Below, one piece after another: positions 54,454-64,000 of a stretch of 64,000 bases of DNA. A program made the position numbers and the translations under genes. The stretch is from Microbotryum violaceum. Taxonomy: Eukaryota. Each line of letters starts with the position of its first letter. The stretch's first letter is position 1. The notes beneath the pieces were generated by a model. The model saw only the letters and a program-made list of their open reading frames with translations. It was not told the DNA's origin and did no database searches. The stretch covers positions 62,001-126,000 of the forward strand of contig CDLV01000009.1 of the NCBI GenBank assembly GCA_001244265.2. Direction: 5' to 3'.

Positions 54454-55156
54454 TATCGGGGCCAAACACCTACTGGCAGTCCATTAGCGTCATCGGCTGC
54501 TGAATGGTATCACCTGCACTTTCTTACACATCAACGGGCCCGTCAAGCGTATGTTCACGGACTCTGTAGGCGACACTGCAGTCGAGACTCAGAAACCTTG
54601 GCATCGATCCAGACAGCTCCGATTCCAGCGACAGCGACAGCTACAGCGAAGACGACTCCTCAAGCGACAGAATGGGACTACCGTCAGAAGAGAAAGATCG
54701 TCATGTTGGGTGGCATTTTTGGCATCAACATATTGCGTGAGAACTTGCAGGGCACGTTGCGCGGCCCGCGGTGCAACAGCCACCAGTGAGGAATGCAAAC
54801 TTTTTTGAAATTTAAGGACGTTTCTTTTACAAAATTCAAGTCGGATAATTGAAACCCTTAGGTAGGCTGATCTGACTTGCCTGGTGTCACTAAGCACAAG
54901 AGGTGAGATGCTACTTATCACTAGAGAAGGAGCCGGAGGCCTAGGGAGGTTCATCCGTGATCCTGGGGCGGCGTCGCGTTGACCGATTACCGATTAGGAA
55001 CGGGCAATTTATCACTTGTGAATGGGATCGAGGCGGATAAGCGCCGTAATGAACAAAAGCGTAAGCCGTTCGCCGCGAACGGGTTCCGTCCTCTCTGCGC
55101 CCCACTCACACTGCAGCCCAATTCTCAACCCATCTCTCCACCGCCTGGCCGTAGCG

Positions 55157-56832
55157 ATGCAGCAGCTGCACAACATGGGTCGCAACGGCCCACCGCCGCA
55201 ACCGTCCCACGGTCCACCTCCACTATCGAACCAGCACCAACAGCTCCAACAACAACCGCAGCAGCAACAGCAGCAACAGCCGCAACAGCCACCGGCCGGT
55301 CCAGCAGCGGGCGTCGTCGTCCGACCGGGCGAAGAACCGCGTATCCGGGAGGTCTGGGCCAACAACCTCGAGGAAGAAATGGCGCACATTCGAGCTAGTA
55401 TCGAAAAGTACCCTTATGTCGCGATGGTGAGCTCTCCCTCGCCCGCGTTGAGTGCGACTCGGCTCGGCTCGACTGCAACTGACCGCGTCGGCCCCCACTG
55501 CGATGCTGCGATGCTGCGATGCTGCGATGCTGTGACGCTCCGATCAGGACACCGAGTTCCCAGGTGTGGTCGCGCGACCGATTGGTTCTTTTCGTGGATC
55601 GTCCGACTACCACTACCAAACGCTGCGGTGCAACGTCGACCTGTTGCGCATCATCCAGCTCGGATTGACCCTCGCCGAACAGAATGGCGAGCTCGCTCCC
55701 GGGGTGTGCACGTGGCAGTTCAACTTCAAGTTCAACATAAAGTAGGCTTGTCGCATCATCGACAGAGAAGGGGCCGTGTATTGCAGGGTGGACTTTGCTG
55801 ACGGGGGTTCCTCCGCTCGCGCTCCCCCCCGTGTCTGCCGCCCTCGTCCCCGTCCCCGTTCCCACAGTGACGACATGTACGCCCCCGAATCGATCGAACT
55901 ACTCGTCAAATCAGGCATCAACTTTAAACGCAACGAAGAGTACGGCATCGACGTCGAGCACTTTGGCGAACTGCTCATATCCTCCGGACTCGTCTTGCTC
56001 GAGGACGTGCAATGGGTGTCGTTCCATAGGTCAGTACACTTTTCTTCACTGTGCACAGAGAAACTGAGAAACTGAGTCACATTGGGCTGATGTCTGTTGT
56101 ATGCACCATCTCTCAGCGGCTACGACTTTGGCTACCTCCTCAAGATCGTATCCTGCGCTCCCTTACCGCCTACAGAAGCCGAGTTCTTTGACTTGTTACG
56201 CATCTGGTTCCCGTGTATTTGGGACATCAAAGTGGGCTCACCCGGAGATGAGAAAATCGGGACCTCTAGGTGGTGGGGCTGACTCGTGGTGTTTCCGGCG
56301 GGCGAACAGTATTTGATGAAGAGTTGCAAGTCGCTCAAGGGGGGGCTGCAGGAAGTGGCCGATGACCTTCAGGTTCGTTGGCACCGATCTTGATGCTGGC
56401 AAAGACTAGATTCTGATCCTGTCAAACCATACCCCGTACCTCAGGTCCCGCGGATAGGACCCCAACACCAAGCCGGATCGGACTCGCTCCTGACCGCCGC
56501 GACGTTTTTCAAGATGCGTGGCAAGTTCTTTGACGACGCGCTCGACAACAAGTTCATGGTCAGTCAAAAAAAGGGGGGGTCCCCAAACCCACCCTCACCC
56601 ATCTAAGCTTACCCTTCCTCACCAACAGGGCGTGCTCTATGGCCTCAACTCGTCTTCAACCGAACGCAACCCCGCCCATCCAAGAGAACACAACGGTGCC
56701 GTCCATTACCCGCATCCACCTCAAGCGCAATCACCCGCCTCAGTACCACCACAGAACGTGACCCCGTTGGCGGCGGCGACGTCCGCGGCGATTGCGATCA
56801 TGAGTCCGAGTCGGAATAATTCGGCACGGTAA
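55157..56832 (+). CDS. CAF1: CCR4-NOT deadenylase subunit Caf1/Pop2 (DEDD), multi-exon
   Basis: IREVWANNLEEE..YVAM-DTEFPGVVARP..YQTLRCNVDLLRIIQLGLT..WQFNFKF..VSFHSGYDFGYL..GGLQEVADDL..RIGPQHQAGSDSLLT. Confidence 0.95.
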
Positions 56833-57275
56833 AACGCGTTCGATGAGCGGGCTGTTTCACGGATAGAATTGGGCGGCTTTCGCTTTAGGCGGGCGAGAGG
56901 AGGGTATCAACTATCTTGACGATGTGGGTTGAGTTTGGGTTGGATCAAGGCGTGCTGGTGAAGGAACGAACAACTTTTGGAGTGGAGCGACGACGGGGAA
57001 AGCACGCATACGGAAGAATGCGAAACACTACACATGAAGATATCTTTGACGAGGCTCGCAATCGCATCTTATCGCATTCAGATACGCCCCACATTTCTCC
57101 CTCGTCTTTGGAAGCCGTTCCTACACTATTTGACGATCTCTCCTTGTTTATTGTTTTTGTTTTGTGTTTGTACACTTGTGCTATTCTACTTCTCTTTCTC
57201 TCTCAGTTTTCCCGGGGGAAGTCTTTGGTGAAGTGAGTTGAGATTCCAAATGAAAGAGAGAGAGAGTACTATCTA

Positions 57276-59891
57276 CTACCCGCTTGCCCTCTCTTCCCCT
57301 CCCGTCTTCTCAGTCCTCCACGCCGCCGACGACGAAGAAGCCAATTCCCACCTCCTCAGCACCCTCGGTTCCCCAAAGGCCCTTGTCCCCTCCCCCTCCC
57401 CCTCCCCACCCTCGTTGAGCTGCATCCCCTCAAACTTCCAATCCACTTTCTTGCCCTTCCCATTCCCCTTCCCAACTTGCATCCTCCATCCTTCCGCACC
57501 GCCACCAGCACCATCCTCATCGTCCTGCTTGACCCGTTCATAAAACAACAAAAACGGGTTACCCGCCAGTACGTGTTGTATCGAAGCGAACTGAACGGTC
57601 TCGTCCGAAATATGATACCATTCCGCTCTCGTCTCTCCACCAACGAAACGTTTAAGATGACTATCGAGCTCGTCATTTGGTTCTGCTCCGACCGCGTCTG
57701 AGTGGTCGGGGTTGGTGTTGGGGTCGGGGTGGGATGTACGACTTCTTCTTCCACCCTCTTCTTGAGTTGGTATTTGATCGCGCTGACGTAAATGGGGAGG
57801 TAAAACGGGTTTTCTTCTGAAAGCGACATAATGCCCATATGAATGCGTTCCATGATGAACGACGACCGAAGCCAATCGATAAAAATCCCTCTTCGGTCTC
57901 TCGTTCAATAGTACCTCAGCACTTGCCGGTGGAACGTTCGTCGTGAAAGCCGGATCGTTAGAAAAGGGTGCAAGGTCGAGGTATTCCGGAAAGTCGACTC
58001 GACAATGGTTCTTGACGGCCAGACCACCACCCGTAGCGTAATGCGATGATCTTGAAAGATGAAAGGTTAAAATCTCGGGTGTCTGTACGAATGTTACCGA
58101 CTCCCCTTTCAGCTATCGACTTGGGGAGGGGGTGGGGAAAGGCCCGAATCTTCAACTCGGGGGGTTCTCGCTCGATACGTACCCTAGCGAAACGAACCAA
58201 TTTCCCCGCCGGCCCGAACACTTTTTCAACTTTGACCTCGTTCCCAAATTCTTTCTCGTAATCACCCGCGTCGAAGGCTTCTTTGACTTGGTTGATAATC
58301 TTTTGCACTTTGCGTCGTCGGTTCGCGCGGGAGGACGTCATTTTCGGTACGCCGGGTGCTGCTCGTACTGCGTCGGTCCTAGTCGAATAAGAAGCCGAGT
58401 CAAGTAATAGTTCAAAAGCATTCGCCGCCTCGCTCGATTTCACGATCCGATTCGACGTCGATCCACTCGAAGTCGTGGTGCAGTTCTCGGTTGACGCCGT
58501 CAAGGTCGTCACCGAATCGACGAGCGCTAACCGATCGCGTTGTTCCTCTAACTTGGTCAAGGTCGCGGCCAGACAGCATTTTCGACAGGCGTAATCGGAC
58601 AAGAGGTCGAGTTTGGTCCATTCGTCCAATAATTGGTACAATGAGCATCGATCCTATGGGGAACGACGGCAGTCGTCAAGTCAATACGTAGTGTGACCAT
58701 CGGCGGACACGATGAGCGAAGACTGACCATATCCGGCACCTGCAATTCGACCTGTTGATCACTCGTGTGCCTCACGTCCCTCGTATACGCACACGTCAAA
58801 CACTGTACCCTCTGACTCGTCAACAACAACCACGGATCGGTCTTTCCCGGCGCATCGTTTACCCCTTCTCTCCCCTTACCCTTATCCTGATCCGCCGACT
58901 CGCCGAAATGTAAAAGAGCACCCAAACCCGGCAACTCGTTCTTACGAGCATCTCTAACGATCTTGTCAACTTCTTCCTCGACTGCTTCCCTGATCATACC
59001 CAACAACTCGTGCGCATCCTGTTGTTCGCGAGAAGCGAGTAACCTTTTTCGAGTTGGGGAACTCGCGGCGAGCGCATGAGCGAGTGCGGTCGGTCGAAGT
59101 GGGGGTGGACGTAGGATGCAAGGCGAGTTGAGCGCATGGAGCGTACGTCTCAGGGTTAGGATGACCGAGTTGGGGGAGTTGAAGGTGGAAGGGAGTGATT
59201 CGAGGTAGTCTAGAAGAGGGGTGATGGATGCGATGGACTGGATTGAGGAAAGCAGGGGGGCAGGGGGCAATGTTTTCGTGGGTCAGCTCGGCGGCGTACG
59301 TGGGAGGGGAGGGGTGGGTTGTAGGAACGGAACGCACTTGGAGTGTGGCGTTGAGGAAGCAAAGATTTCCAGCGGCATTGAGTAGTCCTGGGTAGTGTGT
59401 GCCATTGGGATCACCGGAAGCAATAGGTAGATGAGCGTTAGGAAATCCTGACGACGACGGAAGCGCTGCTTGAACCCATGCCGGAATGATGATGAGCAGC
59501 TCTCGAGTCAGTACCTCTCAAAGGGGAATGAAGGAAATGAGCAGTTCTGACCTGAATGTTCATCGTCATCAGCGTCTGGGTCGATCGCCAACCCTGAGCC
59601 GATCCGTGTCCAGTCGACCGCTCCAGCCCACTTCATCACCATCGCCAGGATCCAATTATCGCCTACGAAGCCTTCGATAAAGTAAAGCACCGCCGAAGAT
59701 CTCGGTCGACCGAACAGCGCGACCCAGGTGACGATGATCGCGAGCGAGGTGAGGACCAAGCCGACCAAAGCGACGACGAGCTCGTGGGACAGACGACCTG
59801 CACTGTGGGACGTGGAAGACGGGTGGTGCGACGAGTGCGTGTGGGATTGCCGGTACGAGTAGGTGGTGTCGTCGGTCCACGGGTAGCTCAT
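57276..59891 (-). CDS. Ubiquitin-specific protease (peptidase C19) with N-terminal TM anchor, USP30/Ubp16-like
   Basis: Cys box PGLLNAAGNLCFLNATLQ, QQDAHELL, His box HHGTHSYGHYVAFRR, WYHISDETV, and N-terminal hydrophobic LVVALVGLVLTSLAIIVTWVALF. Confidence 0.88.
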
Positions 59892-60930
59892 CCTTTTTTT
59901 CAGAGACGAGGTCGCGCTTGTCCGGCCGATTTCTTCCTCTCACGCGCTCGTCGCCATTCCCTTTGTGCCCCGATCGATCTCTGTGTGTGTGTGTTTCTTG
60001 GTCGGACGAACGTCGTCAGCGTGAACACGCCGAGCCGACAGAGAGAGATCGCGCTTCCATCGTCGAGCACTCGCGGAGGCCATAATCATGCAGATTCGAC
60101 CATCTATCTTGAACATGCCATTTGTGCAGTCGTAAAGCCTGATGCACATTGTTGTATTTTCTTGAAACAATTTCAACCCGTCGGAAAATGTTGAAGCAGC
60201 AGCTAGCGTGAAACGACTTTTCCCCAAAGGCGAGCCCTGGCCGGCCCGGCCCCTCGTCCGGCATGACATGATGCAAACGACATGATTTTACGTCAGATTG
60301 CAGGCTATGGTTGCAGCAGGTGTTGCACTAAACAAACCTGTATTCCATGAGTGTATGTGTGTGGGCGAGTAGGGCCTCTCATGTTCAGAGTATGAAATTG
60401 TGCCTCAGGCACTGCAGTGGGGACCCCAAATTTAAACTTTGTTGCGCGACATGGGCGACGATCAGGTAGAAACTCGACTCCGAGTCGGGGGTGGACGATT
60501 CGGGAATCCCAGGCGAGTACTAATGGGCGGTAGTTTGGCGATGAAATTGACGATCAAGGTGTCCAATTGAGATGAGTTCATTTTTCTGTCCGTGCATAGC
60601 TAGGCCTGAGAAGAGCGTTGGCGTTGTAGCTTGCGGAGTTGAACCTTGGAATTCGTAGCCGTGATCTCGCCGAACACCTACGAGCGCTAAAGAGATAATC
60701 CAGATATTTGTAGCAGCTTTCTTTATCTACAACAAGCCAAAAACAAAGAAACAGACGATGAAGAGATGCACATATCGGGACAACAAGACATATGTCTACA
60801 CAAACATACCCAGGCGACGTGGCGGACCTTCGCCAAGGGGGACCACAACTTGGAGCATATCAGAAAACATTGAACCTTCTGTTCTAAACGCTCCTCAACT
60901 GAGAGTCAATACATATTCATTCTCGCCTAC

Positions 60931-63900
60931 TCAATACGCCGTCGTCCCTGGCCCCGTCGCACCAGGCGTCGCTCCAACAGTCGAGCCTTGCGAATGAGGG
61001 CTCTGACTGGCCCTCTCAAATACCCTTACGGCTAATCTGGCCCGATCTCCTCGGACCATGCTAGAAAATTTGGAGCTGATGGCCCATACGAGACCCATAC
61101 GATCGAGCGCATCGCAGAAGCAGTCGACAAAGGCGAGGCGTTCTAAATTGAGGGAAGTGAAATAATGAGCTAATGGAACGAGCAAGGGAGAAAGGCGATC
61201 GATGCGAATTGCGCTTACTGTCGTCAAAGCCCACGCCGAACAAAACGTCGGATTGAGGCAAGACGGGGCCGGTCGGACCGGTGCTGACCCGACCGGGAAC
61301 ATTTTCAGTTCGGTTTCGAGCGGCGACTGCAGAGAGATAACCGCGCGTCAGTAAGGTTCGGAACCGATGCTGATCATGACTGCTGACTCACCCAAAGTTG
61401 ACCAGTCACCGATGGCAAACTTGGCCGGGAACGCTACAGCGTACGACGTGTCTGAAAAACGAGCACGGAGAGTTGGTCAATAGTCAGCATAGGGTTAGGG
61501 AAGAATGAAGATGATCAGAACGACTGACATGGCAAGAACGAAGAAAATGTCGTGATCCTCGATCGCTCGAGCGTCGTCCGCAAGTTCTCGTACATCGCAG
61601 CTTGGGAGAGTATCTGAAATGGAATACAAAGTCAGCAATCAAGTTCTACGATGCTTCGCACCGTCGCGATGCGCGAAATACTCACCTCGTACAAAGCACC
61701 CATCCCTTCAATGCAACGCTGCATAGAGTACTCCGCCGTGCCAAGTGTCCCCGCAAGTTGACTTGGGTGAGACAGATTTGCGTGTCCTCGAGCCACAAGG
61801 AGGTGATGCGCATTAACAAAGTTGCTGTAGGACATGAGACAATCAGCAATAATCCAGTACAGCCCAAAGTTCATGTCACGGATTGTGCCTACCAATTGAG
61901 CAGAATCAGAATCTGGATCAACGCCGCGTTGAACCCCTTGTTCTTCTGCGAGGGTTCGTTCGCAAGCCAGTGCAGCTTGTGGCGGAACGACTCGAGAACG
62001 TGGTCCATCTCTTGGAGCGCCCGGAGATCGTCGAGCCCCGCAGCCCGGGTATGATAGGGCCCTCCAGCAGGTTGACCCACAGAGCCGTACGCGTTCGACT
62101 GGATCCGAGCACCGATCCAGACTGCGACAAGAAGCGTACTCGTGAATATGATGGGAACACTCAGCCCCACTCAAGTGCACTCACCAACTCGAGAGAACCA
62201 AGCAAAAGTGCCCAATCTCGGGCCCACCTCCGAATCCTGACCGTTCTCAGGCCACCAGATCGGGTTATCGCCTTCCTGACACCGCCCACTTTCAAACAGC
62301 AACTCATCACAGGGCAGCAGTAACCGCACATCGTGTTCAGCCAGGGCGGTTGGCCAACCGACGCACGCTGACTCGAGTCGATCAACGCAGAGCACGGTCG
62401 CCATCGTGCGCCGGCATTCTTCCAACATCAGCGGGTCGTCCGGTAGTTGGTGCAGTGCTGGTGGGCGCAAGCGCCGACTCGAAGTTTGCCCCGTCAGCCC
62501 CGCCAGCCGATCCTCATCCATCCTGTGCAACCCCAACATGGCACTGATCCGGACGGCCTGGCCGATCGACAAAAAGGCCCTTTGGTGGTCCGAGCACCCC
62601 ATCTCGATCATCGTACAGATGCACAACGCTTGCACGGTCTCCACCGTCAACGAGGCGATCGTCTTGCCGGTCGGTTGGACTCCAATCGCAATCGATGTCT
62701 CGATCTTTTCGCGTGCTAAGAGGTAGAACGATCGCGATTGAGTGCGAACGGCCTCGTGGTCGTGGTAGGGTGCTGCGATCGCGAGGACGGCAAAGATGAG
62801 GGAGAGCGAAGGGGGAGAGGCGAGCGAATGGGGGTTTTGGAGCGAACACAAGAACCTTGGTCGGTACAAGAAAGGCAGGTGGATGTGGGTTGTAGAAAAA
62901 TAGATGTCGGTCCTTTGGATGTGGTGAGTAATCGCAGACAAAGTCAGCTGTGTTCAAAAAGCACTGGGGGACGAGACCCTGCCAAGCAAAGAGAACTCAC
63001 AAATCGAGCATCAACTCGGTGTCGGGCAGCCGAGCGCCCCACGCTCGCTGCAGATCCATGCCCTGCGTCTCGCTCTGACCCGTGGTTTGGGTCTGGGGGC
63101 CATGCGCGGTCCAGTTCGACTCGTTGTAATATCCCCCCTCCAAGTTGGCAGTGTCGAGACCAAGCAATGGGGTTTTGGAGGGAGGAGCCGGCTCGGGTGG
63201 GTACAGTCCAAGAGTCGCGTCGCCGAGACCGGGATTCGCATGAGCGCTCGACGACGGTGCGGCCAGAGAATGGGTCGGTAGGAGCGTCGCATTTTGGGTC
63301 GCGTCCAGCGGCGCGTTCATCAGATCCGCGAGCTGAGGACTCTGAGGATGGGTGACGCTATAAGGGAACGACTGCAGGTGCGAGCCGTTCAGCCCGACAG
63401 CAGCATTTGGACCCGCAACTCCTGCCCCCGGTCTAAAGACGAATGGTTTGTGTTCGGGCTCATCGAGCGAAGCCGGCGAGGAGCCGTGAGAAACGATCTG
63501 CGCCGAGGCCGGCTTGGAGTAGAGCGAATTCGCCGAGGATGAAATCGGGTCAGGTCTGGGGCCGTGTGGCAGTCGGTATCGAAACAGTTCCTCCTCAAGG
63601 GATTCTGTATGGGATTGTCGACATGTGTTTGGATCAGAATCAGTCATTCACCGCCGTCCTCGATGGATCGGAATGAGGGCAAGCCGCATCCCGGCGAAGT
63701 CACACGTCGACTTACGAACTTTGGCCACGAGTTCTCGTGTTCGTTCTTGCAGTTTCTCGTGCACCGGGTCTATTCAATACAAGTGTCAGTGTATGGTACA
63801 TCCATTGTGACTTGAACATTGCCGCTCTCAAAGCGAGCACTCACCTCCATATACGCAGTCATGCCCGAGTCGCACACAGGTCTGGCACTTGGGCCTCGAG

Positions 63901-64000
63901 CCATCGCACCTCTGTAGAAGGAGGAGATACGTGGGTGAGCGGACGGTCAAAGCCATACCGAGTAGGGTGCAAACACATACCAGCTTCTTTTTGCGACAGG
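60931..64000 (-). CDS. Zn(II)2Cys6 fungal transcription factor with Fungal_trans middle-homology region (5' end outside window)
   Basis: CRKKKL..CDGSRPKCQTCVRLGHDCVY at the window end, plus YF..IHLPFL, VQAL..AVRISAMLGLHR and EECRRT..DR. Confidence 0.88.

Noticed and set aside
55498-55532. (CTGCGATG)4 tandem repeat
   Set aside because: Simple intronic microsatellite in CAF1 with no evidence of function.

Overview
Eukaryotic, intron-rich (GT-AG), GC-rich fungal DNA. Gene content and style suggest a basidiomycete, probably Pucciniomycotina/Microbotryomycetes (inference, not proven). Conserved genes: CDC7 kinase, a WBP2/GRAM-like protein, an ArAE/FUSC-like membrane protein, SEA4/MIOS (GATOR2), a large coiled-coil protein, a Stealth-family (Xpt1-like) phosphotransferase, a hypothetical membrane protein, CAF1/POP2, a membrane-anchored USP and a Zn2Cys6 transcription factor that runs off the window. 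These are interleaved with accessory islands. (i) An intact HNH_2 nuclease-like gene faces a decayed inverted paralog. (ii) Three disrupted lineage-specific kinase-like genes. (iii) A family of hAT-like non-autonomous elements (CAAGGG.. termini, 8-bp TSDs, GATC-rich subtermini). One is a 6.35-kb composite element (13527-19878) carrying a nested 9-bp-TSD MITE, a Helitron Rep fragment and an apparently intact three-exon gene for a secreted/GPI-type glycoprotein with its promoter. (iv) Two long imperfect fold-back loci (about 1.2-1.6 kb and 53.3-54.0 kb) that look like hairpin-RNA/endo-siRNA precursors. All alignments and exon boundaries were made by eye.
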